From Verrucomicrobiales bacterium (lineage in GTDB: Bacteria > Verrucomicrobiota > Verrucomicrobiia > Limisphaerales > JAFMIX01): a stretch of DNA of 50,620 nt. Every line of letters begins with the position of its first letter. Position 1 is the stretch's first letter. The notes below the pieces were generated by a model. It did no database searches and was not told the DNA's origin. It saw only the letters and a list, made by a program, of their open reading frames with translations. The translations under genes were made by a program, and so were the position numbers. The stretch is from contig JAFMIX010000002.1 in NCBI GenBank assembly GCA_017853785.1, positions 1 through 50,620 of the forward strand, given 5' to 3'. Below are positions 1 to 9,245 of this stretch, piece by piece.

Positions 1-206
1 ACTCCAACCAATGCTCGGACTAACACTTCACTGGTCCATAAGGTTGAGCCCGGTCGGAACCACGACGGCTGCCGGAGCGGGAAGATTTGGATACCCGCAC
101 GCCGCGCTCGGTGTTTCTCGCGGGTTGGGCGGTCATCTTCGGGGTGCTGCTGCTCTGCGCCGTGTTTTGGTGAACTGATGCTTCATTGGGTTGCTTTTTC
201 TCATTT

Positions 207-1724
207 ATGAAATACCTCCTTGCTCTGATTGCCGGTGGAATCATCCTTGCCGCAAATTCGTTCGCCGCTGCGCCTGCGAAGCCGAACATCATCTACATCC
301 TCAGCGACGATGTCGGTTATGGCGATCTCGGATGTTATGGGGCGACGCACGTCAAGACGCCAAACCTCGACCGGCTGGCGCGGGATGGGATGCGGTTCAC
401 TGACGCGCACACCACGGCTTCGGTCTGCACGCCTACCCGATATGCCTTGCTGACGGGGCGCTATGCCTGGCGGCAGGAAGGCACGGGCATCGCCCCCGGC
501 GATTCTCCCGCGCTGATTGCGCCCGGCACGGTCACGGTGGCGTCGCTGCTCAAGCAGGCGGGTTATAAGACGGGCGTCGTCGGCAAATGGCATCTCGGTT
601 TGGGCGAGGGCAAGACTGACTTCAAAGGCGAGATCAAGCCCGGCCCGCTGGAACTGGGTTTTGATTATGCCTTTTTCATCCCCGCCACCGGCGATCGCGT
701 GCCGTGTGTGTTTGTGGAGAACCACCGCGTTGTGGGGCTCGATCCGGCAGACCCGATCCGCGTGATTTATGGCAAGAATGACATCGGAGCCGCACCCACC
801 GGGCGCGATCCGGACGTGAAACTCAAGATGAAAGGGGACAAAAGCCATTCCGACAGCGTGGTCAACGGCATTAGCCGCATCGGCTTCATGACCGGCGGCA
901 AGGCGGCGCACTGGGTGGACGAAGACATCGCCGACACGCTGGCTGCAAAAGCGGTGAAGTTCATCGAGACGCACCAAGAAGGCCCGTTCTTCCTGTATCT
1001 CGCCACGCACGACATCCATGAACCGATGGTGCCGCACGCACGATTCAAGGGCACGAGCGATTGCGGTTCGCGCGGGGATGTCATTCATCAGCTCGACTTC
1101 ACGGTCGGCGCCGTGCTGGCGGCGCTCGACCGCCTCAAGCTTGCGGACAACACCCTCGTCATCTTCACCAGCGATAACGGCGGGGCGATCAAGGACACCT
1201 ATGATGACGGCACGAATCCGCTGCACTCACGGCAGGCGCCGAACGGCGGCTTGCGCGGCTTTAAAGGTTCGCTCTATGAAGGCGGGCATCGGGTGCCGTT
1301 CCTGGCACGCTGGCCGGGACACGTCGCCGCCGGCGGCGTTTCCGGCGCGCTTCTGGGCCACGTGGATGCGCTGGCGACGGTCGCAGCGCTCGCGGGTCAG
1401 GAACTTCCGACCGCAGCCGGGCCGGACAGCTTCAATGCGCTCCCGGTTTTGCTGGGTGAAAAGCAGACGTCGCTGCGGGATCATCTAGTGCTGCAAAACA
1501 ACAACCAGGTTCCGCTCGCATTGCGCGAGGGTGATTGGGTGTTGCTTCAAAAGGGCGGCGGCTGGGGCAAGGCGAAGGCAGACGCCCAGCCCGGATACGA
1601 GCTTTTCAACTTGGCCCAAGACCCGAAGCAGACGAACAATCTCGCCGCCACGCAACCCGACAAGGTGAAGCAACTTTCCGCGCGGCTGGAAACCATCCGC
1701 AAACAGGGCCGCAGCCGCCCCTAG
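207..1724 (+). CDS. Formylglycine-dependent arylsulfatase, exported
   Basis: ORF 186..1724 (TTG). The first ATG at 207 gives a signal-like MKYLLALIAGGIILAANSFAAAPA. Sulfatase hallmarks: SDDVGYGDLGCYG, the C-x-P-x-R motif CTPTRYALLTGRY, GKWHLG. Confidence 0.9.
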   Translation: MKYLLALIAGGIILAANSFAAAPAKPNIIYILSDDVGYGDLGCYGATHVKTPNLDRLARDGMRFTDAHTTASVCTPTRYALLTGRYAWRQEGTGIAPGDSPALIAPGTVTVASLLKQAGYKTGVVGKWHLGLGEGKTDFKGEIKPGPLELGFDYAFFIPATGDRVPCVFVENHRVVGLDPADPIRVIYGKNDIGAAPTGRDPDVKLKMKGDKSHSDSVVNGISRIGFMTGGKAAHWVDEDIADTLAAKAVKFIETHQEGPFFLYLATHDIHEPMVPHARFKGTSDCGSRGDVIHQLDFTVGAVLAALDRLKLADNTLVIFTSDNGGAIKDTYDDGTNPLHSRQAPNGGLRGFKGSLYEGGHRVPFLARWPGHVAAGGVSGALLGHVDALATVAALAGQELPTAAGPDSFNALPVLLGEKQTSLRDHLVLQNNNQVPLALREGDWVLLQKGGGWGKAKADAQPGYELFNLAQDPKQTNNLAATQPDKVKQLSARLETIRKQGRSRP

Positions 1725-1745
1725 CGGCGGCGGTGGTGGCAGCTT

Positions 1746-1777
1746 CCAAAAAAAACGCGAGGCTTTTGCCTCGCGCT
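1746..1777 (-). terminator. Intrinsic terminator downstream of infC, between convergent genes
   Basis: Hairpin CGCGAGGC-tttt-GCCTCGCG (1756-1775). On the minus strand it is followed by a run of 8 U (A-tract 1748-1755 on plus). Confidence 0.6.
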
Positions 1778-1803
1778 GAACGAAATCGGAACGGTCGGTT
1801 TGC

Positions 1804-2541
1804 CTACTTGATTTCGATGTTGCCGAACGGATTGTTGGCGAAACCATCGGCGGGTTTGACGTTCGCCGGTTTGGCCGGCGGCGCGGATGGCGCGTCCGTA
1901 TCGTCATCGTCGTCGGGTTCTTCGTTGCGCAACTGATGCGGGTTGACCGGCACGGAGCCGTCCGCCAACTCACGGGGGTTCTTCGCGCGCTTGTTGCGGG
2001 GCAGGGGGGTGATCATCACATGGATGCCGCGGCCGACAAGCTTGGGCTCGAAGTCCGGATGGCCGAAGGGCGCGACCTGGGCCAGCAGCTTCTTGATGAC
2101 GTCAAAGCCGAATTCCTTGTGGGCCATCTCGCGGCCGCGGAACTTGAGCGAGACCTTCACCTTCATGTCCTCGCAAAGAAAATCCACGGCATGCGTCGTT
2201 TTAATGCCGAGATCATGCGGGTCAATCTTCGGCGAGAGCTGGATCTCTTTGATCTTGTTCGCGTGCTGGTGTTTCTTGGATTCCTTTTCCTTCTTCGCCT
2301 GTTCGTAGCGGTATTTGCCAAAGTCCACGATGCGACACACTGGCGGCAGGGCATTGGGGGCGATTTCAACAAGGTCCACGCCTTGATTGCGGGCGAGGTT
2401 GATGGCGTCGGTGAGCGACATGACGCCGAGTTGTTTGCCCTGATCGCCGATGACGCGGACTTCGCGGGCGCGAATCTTGCCGTTGATCCTGACGAACGAG
2501 GCGGGTGAGGCGGAACTACGCGGAGAGAAAGGGCGGCTCAA
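1804..2541 (-). CDS. infC: Translation initiation factor IF-3
   Basis: RINGKIRAREVRVIGDQGKQLGVMS and VDLVEIAPNALPPVCRIVDFGKYRYEQAKKEKE match the IF-3 N- and C-domains. Non-ATG start (TTG, complement of 2539-2541). About 60 aa acidic/Pro-rich C-terminal tail. Confidence 0.9.
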   Translation of the reverse strand: MSRPFSPRSSASPASFVRINGKIRAREVRVIGDQGKQLGVMSLTDAINLARNQGVDLVEIAPNALPPVCRIVDFGKYRYEQAKKEKESKKHQHANKIKEIQLSPKIDPHDLGIKTTHAVDFLCEDMKVKVSLKFRGREMAHKEFGFDVIKKLLAQVAPFGHPDFEPKLVGRGIHVMITPLPRNKRAKNPRELADGSVPVNPHQLRNEEPDDDDDTDAPSAPPAKPANVKPADGFANNPFGNIEIK

Positions 2542-2780
2542 GACACCCTCTTCGGTTGAAGCTTGTTCATGTATTTCGGTGACACACTGAATCCCGCACG
2601 GCGGAATTGACTTAATCTGCCGCCATTAAGCCCGGAGCCGGGAGAACCGCAAGGAAAAATTCTCCAAAAATGGCGGCGACTCGGGGCGGCGCCAACTGTC
2701 CAGTTCAAATTAATGACTTTACACCGCTGAGGCCGGCCACTAGAGTCACCGCTCGAAATAACGACTAAAAACCGAAGATT

Positions 2781-3038
2781 ATGGCCGAAAAGAAGAAGAC
2801 AATCGATACTTTCAAGCTCCACGACAAGGACACCGGTTCCGCCGACGTGCAGATTGCATTGCTCACCGAGCGCATCAACCACCTCACCGAGCACCTGCAG
2901 ACGAACAAGAAGGATCACAGTTCCCGCCGGGGGTTGTTGATGATGGTCAGTCAGCGCCGCAAGTTGCTGGATTACCTCCACAACACAGACACCACCCGCT
3001 ATCAGACCATCACCAAGAAGCTCAAGCTCCGAAAGTAA
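2781..3038 (+). CDS. rpsO: 30S ribosomal protein S15
   Basis: 85 aa. [48 protein letters not shown] is the canonical S15 sequence. Sits immediately upstream of pnp as in most bacteria. Confidence 0.95.
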   Translation: MAEKKKTIDTFKLHDKDTGSADVQIALLTERINHLTEHLQTNKKDHSSRRGLLMMVSQRRKLLDYLHNTDTTRYQTITKKLKLRK

Positions 3039-3182
3039 GCCGGTCGGGCGCGCCGCCCCGCTTGGCGACCGCCCCGCACTCAATTTGACCGGCCTCGCGT
3101 AACGCGGCGGGGCCGGGTCATTCGACAACAAACCGAAACCATCGCGTAAAAAAATCCGTTGCCGGTGAGTGATTTCATTCAG

Positions 3183-3200
3183 ACCCGAAAGCGTTCGGGT
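3183..3200 (+). promoter_or_regulatory. Stem-loop in the rpsO-pnp spacer / pnp 5' leader (candidate processing or autoregulatory hairpin)
   Basis: ACCCGAA-agcg-TTCGGGT, a perfect 7-bp stem 42 nt upstream of the pnp ATG. A second GC-rich imperfect hairpin lies around 3090-3125. The function is inferred from the E. coli pnp leader paradigm only. Confidence 0.3.
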
Positions 3201-3241
3201 TTCACTGAAGTTCCTCATGGCAACGGAGACGAAAGCAAACT

Positions 3242-5407
3242 ATGTCAGTAAAAGTCTCCGCCACCATCGGCGATAAACAGATCCACATCGAATCCGGCAA
3301 ACTCGCCAAACAAGCCGACGGCGCCGTGACCGTCCAACTCGGCGAAACCATCGTCATTGTCGCCGCCGTCGCTGCGACCAAGGCCAAGGAAGGGCAGGAT
3401 TTCTTCCCGCTCACCGTGGACTACCGCGAGAAGGCCGCTGCGGCCGGCAAGTTCCCCGGCGGTTACTTCAAGCGCGAAGGCCGTCCCACCGAGAAGGAAA
3501 TCCTCACTTGCCGCCTCACCGACCGCCCCATCCGCCCGCTCTTCCCGAAGGGCTGGTACAATGAAGTGCAGGTCCAGACCGTCCTCCTCAGCGCGGACGG
3601 CGAGAACGACCCCGACATCTTGAGCATCGTCGGCGCGAGCGCCGCGCTGATGGTAAGCGACATCCCTTGGGCCGGACCGCTCGGCGCCGTGCGCGTCGGC
3701 CGCATCAACGGCAAGTTCGTCGCCAACCCCACCCACGCCGAGCAGGCTCAGAGCGACCTCGACCTCGTCTACGTCGGCAACGAAAAAGACATCGTCATGT
3801 ATGAAGGCTCGGCCCGGGAAATCACCGAAGCCGATTTCAGCGCCGCGCTGAAATTCGCGCAGGAATGCTGCCTGCCGCAGATCGCCGCGCAAAAGGAACT
3901 CGCCGCCAAAATCGGCAAGAAGAAGCGTGAGATCACCCTCAAGATTGTCCCCGACGAAATCCTGGCCGAAGCCAAGAAACTCGCCGGCGACCGTTTCGTG
4001 CCTGCGCTGCTCACCCCCGGAAAACTCAATCGCGAAGCCGCCTGCAACGCCATCAAAAACGAAGTCGGCGAAAAGCTCGTTGCCCAGTTCGGCGCGGAAA
4101 AGGTCACGCCGTTCGTCATCAACGACGCCTTCTACTACATCCAGAAAGAAGCCGTTCGCAAACTGATACTCGAAAACGGCAAGCGCCTCGACGGTCGCAA
4201 TTTTGAACAGGTCCGCCCCATCAGCGGCGAAGTCGGCATCCTGCCGCGCGCCCACGGTTCGGCCATCTTCACGCGCGGCGAGACCCAGGCTGTCACGCTC
4301 GTCACGCTCGGCACCGGTGAAGACGCGCAGGAATTTGATTCCTACACCGGTGGCGAGAACGAGAAGAAGTTCATCCTGCACTATAACTTCCCGAACTTCT
4401 CTGTCGGTGAAACCGGCCGCATCAGCGGCCCAGGACGTCGCGAAATCGGCCATGGCGCGCTGGCGGAACGCAGCATCGCCTCGATGATTCCGCTCGAGAC
4501 CTATCCCTACGCCGTGCGCGTCACCAGCGAGATCATGGAGTCCAACGGCTCGACCTCCATGGCCTCCGTTTGCGGCGGCACGCTCGCGCTGCTCGACGCC
4601 GGCGTCCCGATGATCCGCCCCGTGGCTGGCATCAGCGTCGGTATTTGCACGGAATACAGCGGCGAGAAGATTTCCAAATACGAACTGCTCACCGACATCA
4701 TCGGTTGGGAAGACGCGTATTGCGACATGGACTGCAAGATTGCCGGCACGGCCAAGGGCATCACCGGCTTCCAGCTGGACCTCAAGCTCAAGGGCCTCCC
4801 GCACGCCATCATGGACATCGCGGTGGAAAAAGCCCGCGTCGCCCGGATGCACATCCTCGCCGAGATGGCCAAGACCATCGCCGCCCCGCGCGAAGACATC
4901 AGTAAGTATGCCCCGCGCATCGTCACCCTCAAAATCAACCCCGAGAAGATTGGCGCGCTCATCGGACCGGGCGGCAAGAACATCAAACGCCTCGTTGAAG
5001 AATCCGGCTGCGAGATCAACATCGAAGACGATGGCACGGTGAACATCTACTCCGTCTCGCCCGAAGGCATGAAGATCGCCCGCGAATCCATCGAAGGCAT
5101 GACTGCCGAAGCCGAGATCGGCAAGCTCTACAAGGGCACGGTCGTGACCATCAAGGAATTCGGCGCGTTCGTCGAGTTCCTACCCGGCAAGGACGGCCTC
5201 TGCCACATCAGCGAACTCGCCAACTTCCGCGTGAAGAAGACCGAGGACATCGTGAAGATGGGCGACGAGATCTGGGTCAAGTGCCTGGGCGTGGACGAAA
5301 AGGGCCGCGTGAAACTCTCCCGTCGCGCCGCGATGGAAGAGCGCGACAAGGAAATGGCCGGCAGCGAAGGCGGCAAGGAAGCCCCGGCGATTCCCGCCGC
5401 GCATTGA
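3242..5407 (+). CDS. pnp: Polyribonucleotide nucleotidyltransferase (PNPase)
   Basis: 721 aa with two RNase PH-like halves, a KH motif [16 protein letters not shown] and an S1 domain [28 protein letters not shown]. Confidence 0.97.
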   Translation: MSVKVSATIGDKQIHIESGKLAKQADGAVTVQLGETIVIVAAVAATKAKEGQDFFPLTVDYREKAAAAGKFPGGYFKREGRPTEKEILTCRLTDRPIRPLFPKGWYNEVQVQTVLLSADGENDPDILSIVGASAALMVSDIPWAGPLGAVRVGRINGKFVANPTHAEQAQSDLDLVYVGNEKDIVMYEGSAREITEADFSAALKFAQECCLPQIAAQKELAAKIGKKKREITLKIVPDEILAEAKKLAGDRFVPALLTPGKLNREAACNAIKNEVGEKLVAQFGAEKVTPFVINDAFYYIQKEAVRKLILENGKRLDGRNFEQVRPISGEVGILPRAHGSAIFTRGETQAVTLVTLGTGEDAQEFDSYTGGENEKKFILHYNFPNFSVGETGRISGPGRREIGHGALAERSIASMIPLETYPYAVRVTSEIMESNGSTSMASVCGGTLALLDAGVPMIRPVAGISVGICTEYSGEKISKYELLTDIIGWEDAYCDMDCKIAGTAKGITGFQLDLKLKGLPHAIMDIAVEKARVARMHILAEMAKTIAAPREDISKYAPRIVTLKINPEKIGALIGPGGKNIKRLVEESGCEINIEDDGTVNIYSVSPEGMKIARESIEGMTAEAEIGKLYKGTVVTIKEFGAFVEFLPGKDGLCHISELANFRVKKTEDIVKMGDEIWVKCLGVDEKGRVKLSRRAAMEERDKEMAGSEGGKEAPAIPAAH

Positions 5408-5428
5408 TCCGCGACCAAAACAATTCAG

Positions 5429-5456
5429 GCGAGCCGGCAACGGCTCGCTTTTTTGT
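5429..5456 (+). terminator. Intrinsic terminator after pnp
   Basis: GCGAGCCG-gcaa-CGGCTCGC followed by TTTTTTGTT. Confidence 0.75.
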
Positions 5457-5493
5457 TGAGCAGATGTAGTTTTGCGGTGTCAGATTAACCGAA

Positions 5494-6027
5494 ATGAAAA
5501 ACTGGAGCGCCATGTTCATGGTTCCGCTGCTGGTGGCCGCGTGTGCGCCCTCGGCACCGGCGCCGAACCGCGCGCCATCCCCTTCAACTCCCAACCCTGA
5601 AACCGCAACCAACCCCATGCCCGACCGACTCACCAAGACCGATGCCGAATGGCGGCAGCAACTCACACCCGAACAATACCGCGTGCTGCGCGAGAAGGGC
5701 ACGGAGCGCCCCTTCACCGGCAAATACTGGAATGCGCACGCCGCCGGCGATTACAAATGCGCCGGCTGCGGGCTGGTGCTGTTCAAGTCCGAGGCGAAGT
5801 TCGATTCCGGCTGCGGTTGGCCGAGCTTTTCCGCGCCGGTGGCGGCGGACGCTATCGCCGAACAGTCTGATAACAGCCATGGGATGCACCGCATCGAAGT
5901 GCTGTGCCCGCGGTGCGGCGGCCACCTCGGTCACGTTTTCGAGGACGGCCCCGCGCCGACGGGCTTGCGATATTGCATCAACTCCGCTTCGCTGACCTTT
6001 GAGCCGACCAACGCCCCGGCCCGGTAG
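5494..6027 (+). CDS. msrB: Peptide-methionine (R)-S-oxide reductase MsrB with lipoprotein signal peptide
   Basis: MsrB/SelR motifs: [18 protein letters not shown], two CxxC pairs (CAGCG, CPRCG), GCGWPSF, catalytic RYCINS. The N-terminus [17 protein letters not shown] has a lipobox. Confidence 0.9.
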   Translation: MKNWSAMFMVPLLVAACAPSAPAPNRAPSPSTPNPETATNPMPDRLTKTDAEWRQQLTPEQYRVLREKGTERPFTGKYWNAHAAGDYKCAGCGLVLFKSEAKFDSGCGWPSFSAPVAADAIAEQSDNSHGMHRIEVLCPRCGGHLGHVFEDGPAPTGLRYCINSASLTFEPTNAPAR

Positions 6028-6071
6028 CCGGGAGATTCATTTAGACGGTAGTATGAATTGCTTTGATCGAG

Positions 6072-6454
6072 TCACTTGGTTGCATCAGTTCTGATTCCCA
6101 CGCAATTTAAGCGGGCAATAATTCCCCAGGAGACGGGCTCAAGCAGATGTGCCGGCAGTTTTTTTAACTGCAGCTTCAATTCTGGCCCGGACGCGCCACC
6201 TGAAGCCGCTAATGCCTTAAGCGCATACAATAGCCCCCCCATGCTATGGTCTGCCGCGTGCGCTGTGGCCACCGCTTGACCGGCCGCACGAGCTGCGGAC
6301 GGGGATCTTTACTATGACGGGCAAACAGAGGCAGGACGCGTTCGGCATAATCAGCAGCCCATCGAGCCAGAAAGCGGTGGCTGTCCCGATCCAGCGGACC
6401 TCCTCGATACGCCGCAACAAAACGTCGGTCTCTCATGGTGTGTGATAGCGTCAT
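6072..6454 (-). pseudogene. Frameshifted helical 'Imm-5-like / SbcC-annotated' putative immunity-type protein
   Basis: Two ORFs in different frames (6209..6454 and 6072..6272). The first ends its recognisable part at ...WAADYAERVLPLFARHSKDPRP. The second frame is open from about 6300 as RSPSAARAAGQAVATAHAADHSMGGLLYALKAL... Both halves resemble one family in which about 40 aa normally separate DPRP from AARAAG. This suggests an internal out-of-frame deletion. Confidence 0.5.
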
Positions 6455-6732
6455 ACGATAAAGCCGACCTTGGAAGTGAGTGTGATAAACAGCAGTTCAC
6501 ACCAAAGACCCTGCTCCCGTGGGTTTAATCCGAGAGACAAGAACAGATGTGCTGAGACGCCAGTCAACACTTGGCGCGTATCCATGATCAACCAACTGGC
6601 GATGCTGAGAACTGCTGCTCCGCCAAAGCCAAGCGAAAGGGAACGGTTGAAACTCATAGTTGGCATATCTTGGTTCGCATTTTGAGGCTGCGCTATGCGG
6701 TGATTGCTGTCGAGTCGTAACTCTAAAGCCAC
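6451..6732 (-). CDS. Hypothetical small membrane protein, translationally coupled to the following pseudogene
   Basis: ATGA stop/start overlap with ORF 6209..6454. Two hydrophobic segments (LGFGGAAVLSIASWLIM, VLTGVSAHLFLSLGL). AT-rich context. No recognisable family. The start is uncertain (internal ATGs at MPTMSF). Confidence 0.3.
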   Translation of the reverse strand: MALELRLDSNHRIAQPQNANQDMPTMSFNRSLSLGFGGAAVLSIASWLIMDTRQVLTGVSAHLFLSLGLNPREQGLWCELLFITLTSKVGFIV

Positions 6733-6849
6733 TATTGAGACAGATTTTTTTCACGAAAAGAAGGCAGACTGGAAGGCTGCTTCATTGCCAAGCTGGTGGC
6801 GGCACTTTTCCGGCTCGCGCTGGCCGGCGTTTTGAAATATCTCTAGCAC

Positions 6850-7764
6850 ATGATTTCTGATTTTTGGCTGCTGGTCGGCTATTGCGCGCTGGTGTTGTTC
6901 GCCTCGCTCGCGGGCGGCTGGTTGCCGGCGCTGGTGCGGCTCACGCACACACGGCTGCAACTGGCGATCAGCTTCGTATCCGGCCTGATGCTGGGCATCG
7001 CGTTGCTGCATTTCCTGCCGCACGGGGCGGCAGAACTGGGGTCGGTCGGGCGGACCACGCAGTGGGCGTTGGGTGGGTTTCTGGCGATGTTTTTCCTGCA
7101 GCGGTTTTTCCACTTCCACCATCACGACTTGCCAGAGGGTGACCCGGAAGATTGCTGTCACGGCCACAGCGAGCCGCACACGCACGATCACTCCCATACG
7201 CTGGCGGGGAAATCAGCCTCGCAGCTCTCTTGGGTGGGCACGGCGCTGGGGCTGACGCTCCATTCATTGCTGGATGGGCTGGCGCTGGCGGCGGCGGTGG
7301 AGGCGGGCGGGTGCGGGCATGGCGGCGCCGGGCTGGCTGGTCTGGGTGTGGCCGTGGCGGTGATCCTGCACAAGCCGTTCGATGCGATGGCGGTGGCGAC
7401 CTTGATGACGGCAGGGGGCAGTTCGCGGCTATCGCGGCAGGTGTTGAACGGTTTGTTCGCGCTGGCGACGCCGCTGGGTGCGGTCCTGTTTTATTTCGGC
7501 GCGACGCAGTTCGCGGAGTCGAACGCGGTGTTTCTCGGCAGCGCACTGGCGTTCTGCGCGGGGACGTTCCTGTGCATCGCTTGCAGCGATCTGTTGCCGG
7601 AACTGCAATTCCACTCGCACGACCGGTTCAAACTCTCGTTCGCCCTGCTGGCAGGACTGGCCGTAGCGCTGCTCATCGGCCAGGTGGAGTGCGGGGAGCA
7701 TGATGGACATGGGGGGCATGAGCACGCGGCGGTGAGTTCCTCCGGTAGCCAGCCCATCCCGTGA
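6850..7764 (+). CDS. ZIP-family divalent metal (zinc) transporter
   Basis: ZIP signature helices HSLLDGLALAAAVE and ILHKPFDAMAVATL. His-rich loop HFHHHDLPEGDPEDCCHGHSEPHTHDHSH and His-rich C-terminus. Confidence 0.85.
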   Translation: MISDFWLLVGYCALVLFASLAGGWLPALVRLTHTRLQLAISFVSGLMLGIALLHFLPHGAAELGSVGRTTQWALGGFLAMFFLQRFFHFHHHDLPEGDPEDCCHGHSEPHTHDHSHTLAGKSASQLSWVGTALGLTLHSLLDGLALAAAVEAGGCGHGGAGLAGLGVAVAVILHKPFDAMAVATLMTAGGSSRLSRQVLNGLFALATPLGAVLFYFGATQFAESNAVFLGSALAFCAGTFLCIACSDLLPELQFHSHDRFKLSFALLAGLAVALLIGQVECGEHDGHGGHEHAAVSSSGSQPIP

Positions 7765-7813
7765 CGGGTGGCGCGGGTGGGTGGCGTGCTGACCGTTTTT
7801 TCAAAAAAAACCT

Positions 7814-7829
7814 TGTGAATATTTTCACA
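7814..7829. promoter_or_regulatory. Perfect CRP-type palindrome TGTGA-N6-TCACA upstream of the atp operon
   Basis: TGTGAATATTTTCACA lies 75 nt upstream of the atpB GTG (93 nt from ATG 7922). It is preceded by T6-C-A8 at 7796-7810. Confidence 0.4.
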
Positions 7830-7903
7830 GTCAGGCAGCCTCTCCCCCCTTCCGGCACCACCGGTTTGATTAACTGTGGGGGAAGCTCCCCTGTTTCTTA
7901 AAA

Positions 7904-8929
7904 GTGTCGCCGGTTTTTGCAATGCGATTTTTATTGGTATTCTTAATGACAGGCTGGCTGGGAACCCAGGCGGCTTTGGCGGAGACGGTCGCGCCCGGGC
8001 AAGATGCTGCGGTGGTGGATTCTGAAGCGATTGCCGGGGCGGAACACGCGGTCGCCGGCGCGGCTGAAGCGTCTCACGAGGCCCACTCCGGATTGCCGGC
8101 GGCGGCTCCGCACATACAGATCGGGCCATTTAGCGTCACCAACTCCATGATCATGACCTGGATTGTGGCTATCTTGATCATCATTTTTGCCCAGTTTGCC
8201 ACCCGGAAAATCCAGGCAGTACCATCCGGCGCGCAGAACTTCTGGGAATTTTTGGTGGAAGGACTTTACGGTTTCTTGGAAGGTATCATCGGTAGTCAGC
8301 TGGTTAAAAAGACCTTTTGGTTCTTCGCCACGATTTTCATTTTCATCCTGTTCACCAACTGGGCGGGTTTGTTCCCCGGGGTGGGTACGGTGGGCTGGAG
8401 CGAACATGCCCATGGAAAGATGTTGGGGCTGGATTCATTCAGCCATGTGTCCCGGCCGTTGTTGCGGGGTGGTAATGCTGACCTCAATATGACTTCGGCC
8501 ATGGCGCTCATCTTCTGCGTGATGTGGCTGGTCTGGTCGCTGCAGTCCAACGGCGTGGTCGGTTTCCTGAAGCATATCTTTGGCTATTCCGGTGACGCGA
8601 CCGGGTTAATGCGCATCGGTTTGATGGCGGTCTTTCTTGCAGTGGGTGTGTTGGAAGTGATTTCCATCGCGTTCCGGCCGGTGTCACTCTCGTTCCGTCT
8701 TTACGGCAACATTTTCGCGGGTGAAAACCTGCTGGAATCCATGGCAATCATGGGTGGGACTTGGTTCGGCTGGCTGGTGCCGCTGCCGTTCTATTTCATG
8801 GAACTCATTGTCGGTCTGGTGCAGGCGCTGGTGTTCATGTTGCTCACCGCCATCTTCACCAACCTGATGTGTGCGCACGCCGATGATCACGCGCATGGCC
8901 ACGAAGGCGAAGAAAAAGCGCACCATTAA
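7904..8929 (+). CDS. atpB: F0F1 ATP synthase subunit a
   Basis: Conserved SLSFRLYGNIFAGE with the essential Arg, and multiple TM helices. Start is GTG 7904 or ATG 7922. Has an N-terminal ~75-aa extension and a His-rich C-terminal tail. Confidence 0.93.
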   Translation: MSPVFAMRFLLVFLMTGWLGTQAALAETVAPGQDAAVVDSEAIAGAEHAVAGAAEASHEAHSGLPAAAPHIQIGPFSVTNSMIMTWIVAILIIIFAQFATRKIQAVPSGAQNFWEFLVEGLYGFLEGIIGSQLVKKTFWFFATIFIFILFTNWAGLFPGVGTVGWSEHAHGKMLGLDSFSHVSRPLLRGGNADLNMTSAMALIFCVMWLVWSLQSNGVVGFLKHIFGYSGDATGLMRIGLMAVFLAVGVLEVISIAFRPVSLSFRLYGNIFAGENLLESMAIMGGTWFGWLVPLPFYFMELIVGLVQALVFMLLTAIFTNLMCAHADDHAHGHEGEEKAHH

Positions 8930-8999
8930 ACAATTTGCCTGTCGGACGGTGGCAAGACTGCCGGGGCAGGTGAAAAAACAACAAAGAAAAGGTAAACAT

Positions 9000-9209
9000 A
9001 TGATGCTAGCAGAACTCAGTGGTAACTTACACATCGGTCTGGCCGCAATCGGTTCAGCCATCGGCGTAGGTATCATCGGCATGAAGGCCGCGGAAGCGGT
9101 CGGCCGTAATCCGGGTGCATCTGGTAAGATCCTGACCCAAGCCATCATCAGCTCGGCTCTGGCGGAAGGTATCATCTTCTTCGCTATTTTCTTGGCGAAG
9201 GGCCAGTAA
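9000..9209 (+). CDS. atpE: F0F1 ATP synthase subunit c
   Basis: 69-aa hairpin protein LAAIGSAIGVGIIGMKAAEAVGRNPGA...SSALAEGIIFFAIFLA with the carboxylate E in helix 2. The internal ATG at 9000 of ORF 8871..9209 follows aaaGGtaaaca. Confidence 0.93.
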   Translation: MMLAELSGNLHIGLAAIGSAIGVGIIGMKAAEAVGRNPGASGKILTQAIISSALAEGIIFFAIFLAKGQ

Positions 9210-9245
9210 CACTCCACTCCGAGACCAAGGTCTCGGAGTCAATTT

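Noticed and set aside
20-292. 90-aa minus-strand ORF at the window start, and a possible 42-aa plus-strand ORF ending at TGA 171-173 with a hydrophobic tail (VFLAGWAVIFGVLLLCAVFW)
   Set aside because: The minus-strand ORF overlaps the sulfatase start and has no features. The small plus-strand ORF has no ATG (only TTG/GTG candidates) and is too short to support.
3245-4852. 535-aa minus-strand ORF
   Set aside because: It is antisense to pnp and has a low-complexity Gly/Ala/Arg/Asp composition.
6815-6850. GAAAT...ATTTC ends just upstream of the ZIP transporter start, considered as a Zur box
   Set aside because: Only the outer 5 nt are palindromic. The centre does not match a Zur/Fur-type 7-1-7 or 9-1-9 repeat.
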